Notes: a model not told the origin generated them from the letters alone. 64,000 bases of DNA from Promethearchaeota archaeon (GCA_011364975.1 RDOE01000001.1:32001-96000), one strand, 5' to 3'; counted from the first letter of the stretch, positions 8,590 to 18,244 are shown. Numbers and translations: made by a program.

Positions 8590-8976
8590 TTATGCAACTC
8601 TTTCCCATTTTACCAGATCACCATCATTTAAAGAATATACTGCGGCTCCAACTCCAGGACTGTAATTATTTACTAAATAAATCCAACTACCTCCTACCCC
8701 ATCTATAATTCTAACTATTATTCCCCATCCAAAATCCTCGTATTCAATATCACACCACTTGTTAAGTGCATCAAAAGCAGTAGTCTTTCCTCCTTCAAGA
8801 GTAAAATTGTATTGTTCTTTTATTGTTCCGTTGTTATAATCTACGATTAATGAAATATTTTCCACAATAGACAGAGTTTGGGGTCGTTCATAGAGAGAAA
8901 AGTTAAACATAAGTAAAATTGTAAAAAAGGAAAACCCAATTATAGCTAGTAAGAAAAATTTAACCGATTTTTTCAT
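8590..8976 (-). CDS. Membrane-anchored DUF4430 (transcobalamin C-terminal-like) protein
   Basis: N-terminal TM helix; TAFDAL...GIIVRIIDGV...WIYLVN...GAAVYSLNDGDLVKW. Confidence 0.8.
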   Translation of the reverse strand: MKKSVKFFLLAIIGFSFFTILLMFNFSLYERPQTLSIVENISLIVDYNNGTIKEQYNFTLEGGKTTAFDALNKWCDIEYEDFGWGIIVRIIDGVGGSWIYLVNNYSPGVGAAVYSLNDGDLVKWERVA

Positions 8977-9000
8977 TGGATACTCCTAACAATATATAAA

Positions 9001-10407
9001 TTATAAATCTGATTTGATTCTTCTCTTTAGGTTCATGATAATAAATGCGATTGAAACTCCAAAGAAAGCCAATATAACTATCATTGGAAATGAATCTATT
9101 TGATTATCTGGTTGCTCTGGTGGATTTTCAATTTGAGGTGGCGTAAATTCTTCAATACTCATCTCTAAAATATATGGATTAATATAAGTTGAAGCCCATA
9201 ATAATAATCCAGTTCTCTTTTCATAGATTAAATGAGTACTTTGTTCAAAACCTCCTATTTGATCATAATAGAATCCTATCGTTAATTCAGTCTCCTTGAT
9301 AGAAACTTCTCCTGGGTTAGCAGAATTCAATGCTATTTCGTTTAACAAGGTAATGTTATCTATTATAGGGCTTAAAAACCCAGTCTGAAAGCCTAAGAAT
9401 CCTATACCCATTTGTAATGCAGCTTCTCGGTTTGATATATTTGTGAATGAGATTATTGGTCCAATTGGTCCAAAATAACCCTTATAAAAAATTTCGATAT
9501 CAAACCAAGCTCTCATGATATCAAGTGAAAAAGCATCTAGCGACCAATTAGGTTCATTAACATCTCTTGGATAGAAACCTGTGAAGTTGATGGTTACAAA
9601 GCCGCCAGGATTAGTAGTCCATGTATCTATATAATTAAAGTCCCAGTCATACCAAAAAGCAGATCCTTCGAATTTTAAGATATCATAGACATAAAGAGTA
9701 TCTAAGTCTAAAGAATAATTAGTTAATGACATCTCCAGTTTATATCCAAGTGGATTAGTAATTGGAATCATTTCGGTATACGCCCAAATAAGTAATCCGG
9801 TTGCTTTATCATAAATCAATGTTGTGTTTTGAGCACCAGAATCTTGCCGAAAATCAAATGATATAAAATTGTATGTTTCTTCAACACTGACAGTCCCAGG
9901 CATAAATCCTGAATCTTGCGCTAAAGCTAATTCCTTTAATTCAGTGAAATTATTTAATGCAATAAGGAATCCAGATTGAAAAGCGTTGTACCCCAGGAGC
10001 ATATTAAAAGCCGCTTCTCCATTTGAAACATTATAGAATGTGTGATTTGATATTAACGTACCGAAGTCATTTTTAACAAACTCTAAGTTCATATAAGGCA
10101 TAGGACTACCAAATAGATTAAATACGTCGTTAGAATCTTTATCATAAAAGCCAGTGAAGTTTACAATTATTTGCCCTCCAAAATTAGTTGAAAGATTATA
10201 TTTTGATGCCCAGTCAAATCCAATCCAGTTCAAATCTCCTCCAAATTGAGTGACATTATATACATACGTAGTGTTTAGATTTAGATTCTGAGAATAATTA
10301 GCTGGAATTTCGTGATCTGCTCTGGAAGTCGTTATAACAATGAAATCGATGCTTGTAATAAGCAATAAAGAACTGAATATTATGGAAATAACTTTGTTTT
10401 TCCTCAT
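9001..10407 (-). CDS. Secreted surface protein with two tandem ~190-aa domains and a Loki-CTERM/PGF-like C-terminal anchor
   Basis: Signal peptide from MRKNKVISII (ATG 10407); repeated YVY..GG...NFTGFY..SNxEAA..FQxGFL..LIYxKxTGLLxWA..LEMS; Pro-rich linker, IDSF, TM helix, KRRIK tail; many N-x-S/T sites. Confidence 0.8.
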   Translation of the reverse strand: MRKNKVISIIFSSLLLITSIDFIVITTSRADHEIPANYSQNLNLNTTYVYNVTQFGGDLNWIGFDWASKYNLSTNFGGQIIVNFTGFYDKDSNDVFNLFGSPMPYMNLEFVKNDFGTLISNHTFYNVSNGEAAFNMLLGYNAFQSGFLIALNNFTELKELALAQDSGFMPGTVSVEETYNFISFDFRQDSGAQNTTLIYDKATGLLIWAYTEMIPITNPLGYKLEMSLTNYSLDLDTLYVYDILKFEGSAFWYDWDFNYIDTWTTNPGGFVTINFTGFYPRDVNEPNWSLDAFSLDIMRAWFDIEIFYKGYFGPIGPIISFTNISNREAALQMGIGFLGFQTGFLSPIIDNITLLNEIALNSANPGEVSIKETELTIGFYYDQIGGFEQSTHLIYEKRTGLLLWASTYINPYILEMSIEEFTPPQIENPPEQPDNQIDSFPMIVILAFFGVSIAFIIMNLKRRIKSDL

Positions 10408-10439
10408 ATTAAAATTACCTATCATACTTCTTGTGTTTA

Positions 10440-10493
10440 TTAAGTTACAAAATTTAATCTCTCCTAACATTTAAAATTAGCCAAATTACCCTA
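10440..10493 (-). promoter_or_regulatory. Left copy of a 54-bp inverted repeat (putative operator plus TATA)
   Basis: Minus strand TAGGGTAATTTGGCTAATTTTAAAT-N10-ATTAAAT-N4-TAACTTAA; 45/54 identical to 10816-10869. Confidence 0.75.
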
Positions 10494-10815
10494 TATATAA
10501 TATTTATCGATCTTAGGATTATTAAGGAATATACATACCTTATTTTCATAAATCTTACTATTTTCTGTAGGGTGGTTTCTATATTTAAGTAATTTAAGAC
10601 TAATTTTGTTTAATTGTTGAATTTGTATTTAGTTGATATAAAAGAATATATTAATAATTATTTTTGTTAAAAATTAATAAAGTATTATTTCTTTATATGG
10701 AAGAAATCTAAAGGTTTATTCTTGATTTTTTATATCCACCCTAATAAGATAGGATTGCTTTTTCACATAGAGAGCCAATTATATTGATAATTTTATGATA
10801 TCGAATTTTTCTCAC

Positions 10816-10869
10816 TAGGGTAATTTGGCTAGTTTTAAATTGAAGTGGATATTAAATATTATAACTTAA
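10816..10869 (+). promoter_or_regulatory. Right copy of a 54-bp inverted repeat (putative operator plus TATA)
   Basis: TAGGGTAATTTGGCTAGTTTTAAAT-N10-ATTAAAT-N4-TAACTTAA; core 24/25 identical to the left copy. Confidence 0.75.
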
Positions 10870-10901
10870 GCAGCAATAAAAACAAAAAATTTGAGTAAAT
10901 T

Positions 10902-11519
10902 GTGATTACAGAGGAAACTATAAAAAAAGATAATATTGAACATTTGAATCATTCGGTATGGTTAAGAAAGCAATCTGTTCGATTTGCGTTGATTGCAACT
11001 TTTTCAGCGCTGTCTGTAGTCTTAGGTTATATGTTAGCTTATATCCCTAATATCGAAATTTTTACTCTAATGATATTTCTTTCTGGCTTTATTATGGGAA
11101 AAAGGGATGGAATGATTATAGGTTTGTTAAGCTCCGCAATTTTCACATTTTTAAATCCTTTAGGCCCGTCTCCATTACCTCTTTTTGCATACCAATTAGC
11201 TCATTATTCTTTAACAGGATTATCTGGTGCCCTGACAAGAAGTTATCTGAATAATAAGGATTTTTTTAAGCCTAAGGAAGATTTATATTTACTCAAGATT
11301 ATTATTATTTTTGGTATAACAGGTGGACTACTCACTTTTACATATGATATTTTAAGTACCTTTTTTGGAGGATTAATTGTTTCTCCTAAAATAGAATACT
11401 TCATTATAACATATTTTTCTGGAATAATATTTACAAGTATTCATTTAATCGGAAATATTCTAGGTTTTATATTCATTTTACCAGGATTAATCCAACTAGT
11501 ATTAAGACTTTTAGACTAA
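10902..11519 (+). CDS. ECF transporter S-component (CbrT-like, probably corrinoid)
   Basis: ALIATFSAL (AxxxA motif), IPNIE, about 6 TM helices, C-terminal HLIGN. Confidence 0.8.
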   Translation: MITEETIKKDNIEHLNHSVWLRKQSVRFALIATFSALSVVLGYMLAYIPNIEIFTLMIFLSGFIMGKRDGMIIGLLSSAIFTFLNPLGPSPLPLFAYQLAHYSLTGLSGALTRSYLNNKDFFKPKEDLYLLKIIIIFGITGGLLTFTYDILSTFFGGLIVSPKIEYFIITYFSGIIFTSIHLIGNILGFIFILPGLIQLVLRLLD

Positions 11520-11565
11520 TATAGAATACTATAAAAAAAGAGTGATTATGTTCAAATTTATTCAT

Positions 11566-12054
11566 CTATTCATTCTGTGTTAGTAAGGTAACCTTTCCAC
11601 CAACAGCTTCTATTTTTTCGATTGCTTGTTTAGATGCCTTATTTACAGAGAGATTAATTTTTTTATTAATTTCTCCTCGGCCTAAAATTTTTTGAACATT
11701 AATATCTTTTAAATTAATTGTAAAAGTATTGCCTGATTTTGTTGCGATATTATCTTGTACCAATAGTTCTATTTTTAAATCTAAATCTTTCACATTTAAA
11801 GTATTTACTTGATGTATACGTTTCATATCCTGAGGTCTATTGAAACCCTTGAAACCTAATTTCCAGTTAGGATCCGGGAATCCTAATTCTTTTTGCTTAT
11901 AATAATAAGATTTCATACTTTTATTCCATTGGGTAGTGGTTCCCCTACCAGCCCGTTGACCAGTTTTTCGGTGTTGGCCTACACGTCCATAGCCAATTGT
12001 GCGAGTTCCTCGCTTTTTTCGTATTTTTTTAGCAAATTTTCTCAATTTTAACAC
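11566..12054 (-). CDS. rpl15: 50S ribosomal protein uL15
   Basis: RGTRTIGYGRVGQHRK, KILGRG, ASKQAIEKIEAVGG. Confidence 0.95.
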   Translation of the reverse strand: MLKLRKFAKKIRKKRGTRTIGYGRVGQHRKTGQRAGRGTTTQWNKSMKSYYYKQKELGFPDPNWKLGFKGFNRPQDMKRIHQVNTLNVKDLDLKIELLVQDNIATKSGNTFTINLKDINVQKILGRGEINKKINLSVNKASKQAIEKIEAVGGKVTLLTQNE

Positions 12055-12064
12055 ACCTTAGGAA

Positions 12065-12610
12065 TTATATCATTTTATGTATTATTTCGTTTATATGGGA
12101 TTCAACATAACCTAGCGTTCCTCCCTCGGTATAATGCTTTTTAATTGAACCTCGATGTCCCTTAATTGGGGGATGAAGTCGAAACACTGGTTTAATCTTT
12201 TTTATATCTTTAGAGTTATATTTTATCTTTCCGGATAATAAAGCTTTGGCAAATTCCTTAATGCCTTTAAATGGAGTTAAATTTTTAATATGTTCGTCGT
12301 TGAGTGGTTTATTACCTTCTATTCTTCCTCTTACTCTTAATAAACGTACTAAAGTTTTTTCATCAATTTCTCCATAAGCAATATAATCCTTGCATTTTTG
12401 AAGCATACCGCGATAACTTTGATCACCCCAAAGTAAAACTCCATGGTTTAATTTATGCATTCTTAGCATTTTCAATGTATCTTCTATAGAACGTTTCATT
12501 CCAGGAGCTCCTCTAATACGTATTGCAAAATACAATACTGCAGGGTTTTCTTCTTTTACTTTAGTCTTCTTTTTCATAATAATTTTATCTTCTGCCATCA
12601 TTTTCTCCAC
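12065..12610 (-). CDS. rpl30: 50S ribosomal protein uL30
   Basis: AIRIRG, DYIAYGE, FRLHPP..G, GGTLG. Confidence 0.95.
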   Translation of the reverse strand: MEKMMAEDKIIMKKKTKVKEENPAVLYFAIRIRGAPGMKRSIEDTLKMLRMHKLNHGVLLWGDQSYRGMLQKCKDYIAYGEIDEKTLVRLLRVRGRIEGNKPLNDEHIKNLTPFKGIKEFAKALLSGKIKYNSKDIKKIKPVFRLHPPIKGHRGSIKKHYTEGGTLGYVESHINEIIHKMI

Positions 12611-12617
12611 TCATCCG

Positions 12618-13232
12618 TTATAAATTAAAATTATATTTATGAGCATTTTTTAAGGCATCAAAAGTTGCCTTAACTAAATTTTCACTTGTTCTCGTATCAC
12701 CGAAGGTTTTGCTCCAAATATCTTCAATACCTGCTAATTTTAAAACTTGCTTTACTTTATCTGCAGAAGCTAATCCAACGCCAGCAGGAGCAGGGATTAA
12801 ACGTATCCTCACCGATCCACATTTCCCTTCAACTTTAAAGGGAATACTATGAGTATGCCCGCAACCACATTCTTTGCTTCCGCAGCCTCTTAGAATAGGA
12901 ATAACGGATAACTTAGCTTTATCAATAGCTTTTCTAATAGCTGGTCCTACCTCTCTACTTTTAGCAGAACCAACACCGATAAAACCTTCAGAACCAACGA
13001 GAACAACAGCTTTAAACTTTGATCTTTGTCCACTTGCTGACATTTGCTGAACCATTTTAATATGTACAACAGATTCTTCTAATTGTGGTAAGAGAATGTC
13101 AATAATTTCTTTTTCTTTAACAGGAAGGTTATTTTCAAAAATCTTATCTATCGTAATAAGGCCTTCTCTCACCAGTTCACCTAATTTTGTCTTAGGTATC
13201 CAAGTATCTTCAATATTTCTTGATCGACTCAT
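12618..13232 (-). CDS. rps5: 30S ribosomal protein uS5
   Basis: WIPKTKLG, GKCGSVRIRLIPAPAGVGL, NLVKATFDAL. Confidence 0.97.
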   Translation of the reverse strand: MSRSRNIEDTWIPKTKLGELVREGLITIDKIFENNLPVKEKEIIDILLPQLEESVVHIKMVQQMSASGQRSKFKAVVLVGSEGFIGVGSAKSREVGPAIRKAIDKAKLSVIPILRGCGSKECGCGHTHSIPFKVEGKCGSVRIRLIPAPAGVGLASADKVKQVLKLAGIEDIWSKTFGDTRTSENLVKATFDALKNAHKYNFNL

Positions 13233-13244
13233 CTATTTTCACTT

Positions 13245-13838
13245 TTAAGCATTATTTGTTATAGTTTTTAATGTTTCGTTAAAAATTTGACTAATTTTTA
13301 ACGGATTTATTTTATTTTTTTTAATATATCCTGAAAAAGTTTGATTATATTTTTCAGGATCTTCATTCTTTAAAAGATTGGCATATTCCTCTATATGAGT
13401 TCCATTTATACGACCATTTAAGCCCTCTGGGAAAAATTCATCTCGATAAGGAATATCAACTTCTGCTTTGAGTAGTCCTTGAAAAGCTGCAAGTACTCGA
13501 TTTCGATGATAGAAAATACCTAAATCAAGAATAGCTTCTTTGATATTGTTCTTTTTTGCCCTTAAACCTGCAAGATATCCAGTTAAATAAGACGCAGGAA
13601 TATTTTTTGTATTCGCCTTCCATCCAAATTTCTTTCCTAACTCCTTTGAATGAGCAGAGATTAAAATCTTATCCCCACCAAGCTTTGATTCAATAAACTG
13701 CACTATAATATGATTATTTGAAGCTCTTATGACGGCCCTAATTTTTTTAGATTTTAACAATTTTAATCGTTTAGAATAATTTGTTCTTCCTTCTCCTCTT
13801 CTTCGAAGTGGTCTTCTATAGCGTGGACCTTTTGCCAT
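13245..13838 (-). CDS. rpl18: 50S ribosomal protein uL18
   Basis: RRRGEGRTNYSKRLKLL, NIPASYLTG. Confidence 0.96.
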   Translation of the reverse strand: MAKGPRYRRPLRRRGEGRTNYSKRLKLLKSKKIRAVIRASNNHIIVQFIESKLGGDKILISAHSKELGKKFGWKANTKNIPASYLTGYLAGLRAKKNNIKEAILDLGIFYHRNRVLAAFQGLLKAEVDIPYRDEFFPEGLNGRINGTHIEEYANLLKNEDPEKYNQTFSGYIKKNKINPLKISQIFNETLKTITNNA

Positions 13839-13841
13839 TTC

Positions 13842-14297
13842 TTATCTTCCTCTCCTTATTAATTCTTTTTCTTTGATATAACGATGCATTTGAGCAACAC
13901 TATTAAACATCCCACCCTTCGCATTTTTATATAATTTTCTATAAGTTGTGGTGGTGATTAGTTTTCTATCTCGTAATTTTTTTAATTCACGCCTCTGTGG
14001 ACGAATTCTTTTCATCCAACCTTCTTTCTTTGGAGACCGTGAATGTTTGGTGCCTTTTCTTTTACCTAACCCGCTAGCTCTGCCTTTTTTCTTCCTCTCA
14101 TGATGTAAGTTTTTTCTGTATTTTGAAATACCCTTTTTGTATTTCTTTTGAATTATTCCTTCTTTTATTAAATTGCGAATATCATCTCTAGTGATAGCCA
14201 TTTTAATTTCTTCAATCAAATATGGGTCAAATAATACACGATTTTCTCCACATTTTAAAATTTCTGCGGCTATTCGTTTTTGGGCTTTTAAACTCAT
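13842..14297 (-). CDS. rpl19e: 50S ribosomal protein eL19
   Basis: QKRIAAEILKCGENRV, WMKRIR, AKGGMF. Confidence 0.97.
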   Translation of the reverse strand: MSLKAQKRIAAEILKCGENRVLFDPYLIEEIKMAITRDDIRNLIKEGIIQKKYKKGISKYRKNLHHERKKKGRASGLGKRKGTKHSRSPKKEGWMKRIRPQRRELKKLRDRKLITTTTYRKLYKNAKGGMFNSVAQMHRYIKEKELIRRGR

Positions 14298-14322
14298 TTT
14301 TAATCACATCATCTTTTATTAT

Positions 14323-14796
14323 TTACTGTTCCTCTTCTTCGATAAAATCCTCATCAAAATCTTCAATCGAAGATTCAAGTATTGATTCTAAGCTTTCTAA
14401 TTCTGCTTGGGAAATTCCTATATTAAGAATCTTAAAACCTCTATTTTGAGCATAATCAATTAAAGCAATTCTTTTTTTAGCGCCTATTCTTCCTGATAAT
14501 TTTAGAGCATGCTTTTTGTTATTCAATCCTTTAATATCATTAATATTAAAGACTCTTACTTCCTCATATCCAGATGGATGTACCCCTCTTACTTTTTTAG
14601 GGCTTCTATACCCCACTGATGGAGATTTAACTCCTGATTTTTCTTTCATACGTGTTTGGGAATCAATTCCACGAGCTTTTCTCCATGGATCTTTAACTCT
14701 TTTGTATCTCCATGATTCTACTCGCCTAAAGGATGGGCGCTTTTTACTTAATTTTTTTCTTATATCCATTAATCTTTTTTGTTCCATGAGAATCAC
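14323..14796 (-). CDS. rpl32e: 50S ribosomal protein eL32 with an acidic C-terminal tail
   Basis: RPSFRRVESWRYKR, WRKARGIDS, RGVHPSG. Confidence 0.96.
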   Translation of the reverse strand: MILMEQKRLMDIRKKLSKKRPSFRRVESWRYKRVKDPWRKARGIDSQTRMKEKSGVKSPSVGYRSPKKVRGVHPSGYEEVRVFNINDIKGLNNKKHALKLSGRIGAKKRIALIDYAQNRGFKILNIGISQAELESLESILESSIEDFDEDFIEEEEQ

Positions 14797-14801
14797 CTTA
14801 A

Positions 14802-15380
14802 TTATTTAATTTGCCAGAGAATTTCTTCTCCAAGTTGTATCTTATAGACATATACTCCATCTTGAAAGACTCTTGGATCCTTTTTTCGGATTCGGCATGC
14901 ACGTTTGAGATTTGCCGCGGTTTGTCCTAATGCCTCTTTATCCGGTCCAATTAAAATGACATCATCACCTTGAACTTTAACTTCTACATGATCTTGGTAT
15001 TTGGTCTTTCTAGGAGCTCTCTCACCAAGAAAATTAACAACATGAATTTCTTGTCTATTCTGTTTAACTTCAACTGTACATGGAAAGTGACTATAACATA
15101 CCTTACAAATATATTTATAGTTAGTTTGAACACCTACAATTAAATTTTTAATGATATTGTAAATTGTATTAGTCAGCGCAAGAGTATTACCCTTTGGAAA
15201 ATGGGTTGAAAAAATTAGTTTATTTTTTTCTTTTAAGAACTTTATTCCTCTAATATGTGAGAAATCTTTCGTTATTGTTCCATTTGGGCCTTTTACAGTG
15301 ATAACATGTTCCTCACTAAAATCTACTTCAACGCCTTTAGGGATCTCCAATACTTCTTCATAAAATGCTGTTTTTACCAT
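14802..15380 (-). CDS. rpl6: 50S ribosomal protein uL6
   Basis: VKGPNG, YSHFP, NFLGE, DPRVFQDGVY. Confidence 0.97.
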   Translation of the reverse strand: MVKTAFYEEVLEIPKGVEVDFSEEHVITVKGPNGTITKDFSHIRGIKFLKEKNKLIFSTHFPKGNTLALTNTIYNIIKNLIVGVQTNYKYICKVCYSHFPCTVEVKQNRQEIHVVNFLGERAPRKTKYQDHVEVKVQGDDVILIGPDKEALGQTAANLKRACRIRKKDPRVFQDGVYVYKIQLGEEILWQIK

Positions 15381-15405
15381 AATCTCTCACCTTTTTAATT
15401 CTAAA

Positions 15406-15789
15406 CTAATAAATAAAACAGAGGGTCATTCCTCCAATATTTTTATCTTCTGCTTCTGACATTGTCATTATACCTTGATTCGTAGTTAAAACTATTATGC
15501 CCAACCCAGGAGCAGGAAGTAACTTACGCTCTAAAGCCTCGAATTGATTAACTTTATAATTTAATCGCATTAATCCAGAACATTCATTAATTTTACCAAG
15601 TAGGGCAATTTTAAATTTTCCCTGTCTTCCATCATCGTATCTTTCAAATTCTCCAATATACGCATACTGTTGGAAAATACGTAGAACTTTTTGTAATTCT
15701 TTTGAAGCAGGGCTGATCATTACCTCTTTTTTTCTTGCTCTTTCTGCATTCTTAAGCATATTACACGCATCAGTAATAGTATTTACCAT
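15406..15789 (-). CDS. rps8: 30S ribosomal protein uS8
   Basis: YIGEFE, LLGKINEC, LTTNQGIM. Confidence 0.96.
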   Translation of the reverse strand: MVNTITDACNMLKNAERARKKEVMISPASKELQKVLRIFQQYAYIGEFERYDDGRQGKFKIALLGKINECSGLMRLNYKVNQFEALERKLLPAPGLGIIVLTTNQGIMTMSEAEDKNIGGMTLCFIY

Positions 15790-15812
15790 ATTTTTTACAC
15801 CTTATCATTTTT

Positions 15813-15959
15813 TTAATCAAATCTATGAAAGCCAATTTCTTTGCCAATCTCATAAAAACACCGTCGGCATATATAAAGACCATACCTTCTTATTAAACCT
15901 CTATGAGTATGGCATCTTCTGCATTCTCTCTTGCCTTTTCCCATTTTTCCTTGCGGCAT
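15813..15959 (-). CDS. rps14: 30S ribosomal protein uS14 (zinc type), not in the ORF track
   Basis: Hand translation [48 protein letters not shown]; canonical position between uL5 and uS8. Confidence 0.96.
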   Translation of the reverse strand: MPQGKMGKGKRECRRCHTHRGLIRRYGLYICRRCFYEIGKEIGFHRFD

Positions 15960-15980
15960 AATTATCATGATTTTGTTTAA

Positions 15981-16586
15981 TTATGTGTATTCTAAATTTA
16001 GTTTTTCTACAATATCAACATCAAATTTTTTTTGAAGGAAGTATTGTGATTCGAGTTTGGAAACATAATGATGTTTTGGAACTTTTGCTTTATGCTTTCT
16101 TCTATATCTTACTCTCATTCCAGGTCTTACAATTCTTCCGATAACATCAAGACCCCAGATTCCAATTAAATTATCATAATCGATACCTGGTATAGTAATA
16201 TGTTCTGTAATACCAAATCCAAAATTTCCATAATTATCAAAGCTATGTCTTAAAATTTTATCATTATTTACTAATAATAGCCTTTTAAGTAACTTTTCAG
16301 CTTCTTTTCCTCGAATAGTGACCTTTACTCCTATAGGTCTTCCTTTTCTTAAATTAAATTCTTTAATATTTTTTTTTGAAAGTGTTTTAACGGGTTCTTT
16401 TCCTGCGATGGTTTTTAAAACGGTTGTGGCCCTTTCTAATTCCTCGCCTCCAGAACCGACTCCAATATTTAATACAATCTTTTCTAAAAATGGTTTTTTC
16501 ATTGGATTAGTCCATAGTTCATCAAATTCTTTTTCAATTTCTTTTTGTGCCTTTTTATTCGCTTTTCTTTCAGCTCGACTTGACAT
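15981..16586 (-). CDS. rpl5: 50S ribosomal protein uL5
   Basis: KIVLNIGVG, PIGVKVTIRG, GNFGFGITEHI. Confidence 0.97.
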   Translation of the reverse strand: MSSRAERKANKKAQKEIEKEFDELWTNPMKKPFLEKIVLNIGVGSGGEELERATTVLKTIAGKEPVKTLSKKNIKEFNLRKGRPIGVKVTIRGKEAEKLLKRLLLVNNDKILRHSFDNYGNFGFGITEHITIPGIDYDNLIGIWGLDVIGRIVRPGMRVRYRRKHKAKVPKHHYVSKLESQYFLQKKFDVDIVEKLNLEYT

Positions 16587-16609
16587 TATTTTTCACATCC
16601 TCTCATTAC

Positions 16610-17362
16610 TTATTCCATAATTGGTAAATTAATTTCAGATTGTTCTTCTCCAATAATAAATGTATAATCATATAATGTTTCAGTATGTTCAGAATTATGT
16701 TGAATTGAAACTCTACTTGCTTTTGGACCAAACCTTTTCAGAATGTTTATTATTTTTCCAACTTGCCCGATATTTTTACCTGACATAATTAATGCTAAAT
16801 TCCCTTCTTTAAACTTCAATACCTTCAATATTTCTTGTTCTGGGATTGAAATCTTTAAAACATCCATTCTGTTATATACGTCTTCTTTTGGGTTCTTAGG
16901 ATCTTTTACTCTTATAAGAATATTCCTTCCGTCGTGAAGATTTAACTGAAGATGGCCTCCTTTAATCGTGCTTTTTTGGTTAATTCGGCATAACTTAAAA
17001 TTACTTTCTGATTGTGTTATTTCATATAAGATTAAACCATGATGGGAATCAGGTAATATTCTAAAATGTTTATTGGATCCTTCAATACTTAATACATCCA
17101 TCAGACCTACAGGATAACCTTTATCTTTTACAACCTTACCATCAATTTTAAAATTACCTAATCCAATCAATTTTTTTGCTTCCCTATGGTTATCAACGAT
17201 TTGTAGAAGATCTCGAACGATATGTAATAGGGGTAAACTAAATCGTGAAGGATGTGGGCCAGGGGATGGTTTTACAAAGAATTTACCATGTTTTCTCTTA
17301 ATCTGTAAAAATTTTGGGGTATTTAACCTTTTTAATGTCTTTTTTTCTCCATGACGTGTCAT
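16610..17362 (-). CDS. rps4e: 30S ribosomal protein eS4
   Basis: LKRLNTP, PSPGPH, YPVGLMDV, LHDGRN. Confidence 0.97.
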   Translation of the reverse strand: MTRHGEKKTLKRLNTPKFLQIKRKHGKFFVKPSPGPHPSRFSLPLLHIVRDLLQIVDNHREAKKLIGLGNFKIDGKVVKDKGYPVGLMDVLSIEGSNKHFRILPDSHHGLILYEITQSESNFKLCRINQKSTIKGGHLQLNLHDGRNILIRVKDPKNPKEDVYNRMDVLKISIPEQEILKVLKFKEGNLALIMSGKNIGQVGKIINILKRFGPKASRVSIQHNSEHTETLYDYTFIIGEEQSEINLPIME

Positions 17363-17368
17363 TTAATA

Positions 17369-17797
17369 TTACTCCTCCGATTTTTTTCCTTTTTTTGGTG
17401 ATATTAGTCCTTCTTCCTTGAAACCGTAAAGAGCTTTTCTATCAATAATTTTTGCTCTCCAAGGATCTAACTTTTTCTCTTTTTCTAATTTTGTAATAAC
17501 TATTTTTGATATATGAACAGTAGGATGAAATTGAGTTCCATCAGCTTTATCAAAAGTTACCTCCTTGATTTGTACTCTTAAATCATTCGTAACTTCAATA
17601 ACTTCTCCCTCAAAATCCTTAAATTCTCCTTTTACTACTCTAACTTGATCCCCTACTCTAATAGGTAATGATTTAATACCATATTCCTCTCTTACAAAAT
17701 CGGCTACTCTAGTGGATAATAAATTTGATCTATTGTGATTTTTAAAATTAAATAATGCCTTTCTTTGCTTCCGAGGTTGTTTTGATTGTATTTTCAT
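17369..17797 (-). CDS. rpl24: 50S ribosomal protein uL24
   Basis: SKQPRKQRK, KOW motif GDQVRVVKGEFK. Confidence 0.96.
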   Translation of the reverse strand: MKIQSKQPRKQRKALFNFKNHNRSNLLSTRVADFVREEYGIKSLPIRVGDQVRVVKGEFKDFEGEVIEVTNDLRVQIKEVTFDKADGTQFHPTVHISKIVITKLEKEKKLDPWRAKIIDRKALYGFKEEGLISPKKGKKSEE

Positions 17798-17818
17798 TCC
17801 ATAACACTTCCATTTCCA

Positions 17819-18244
17819 TTAAATTATTAATGATGAGATCGATGCTAATCGGGGAAATAATTCTGCGGCTTCCCTCGCAATAGGACCTCTAATTTCGGTC
17901 CCTTTGGGATCTCCTTCTTTTGTTATTAATACACCCGCATTATCTTCAAAACATAATCGAGTTCCATCTAATCTTCTATATACCATTTTCTGTCGAACTA
18001 TAACCGCTTTCATAATTGTTCCACGTAAATCTGGACGTCCTTTTTTAATGGTCACAGAACAAACAGATCCTACAGTTGCTTGAGGTAATCTTCTAAGACG
18101 TGTTTTTGCATGATCAACATTTATTATTTGAGCGATTTTTGCGCCAGAATTATCTGTGATAAACATTTGAGTACCATTTTGTAATCCATAGCTTGTTCTT
18201 GCTCTCACTTGCTTCTTTTTTCCTGTTTTTCTTCGCGTTCCCAT
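17819..18244 (-). CDS. rpl14: 50S ribosomal protein uL14
   Basis: DNSGAK, AVIVRQ, FEDNAGV, KGTEIRGP. Confidence 0.97.
   Translation of the reverse strand: MGTRRKTGKKKQVRARTSYGLQNGTQMFITDNSGAKIAQIINVDHAKTRLRRLPQATVGSVCSVTIKKGRPDLRGTIMKAVIVRQKMVYRRLDGTRLCFEDNAGVLITKEGDPKGTEIRGPIAREAAELFPRLASISSLII

Noticed and set aside
10408-10470. ORF-track start at 10470 for the surface protein
   Set aside because: It overlaps the repeat/TATA element; the signal peptide begins at ATG 10407
10494-10815. Cobalamin riboswitch in the intergenic region
   Set aside because: Very AT-rich, with no B12-box or GC-rich helices
12845-12890. Cys/His cluster RGCGSKECGCGHTH in uS5
   Set aside because: A normal feature of archaeal uS5
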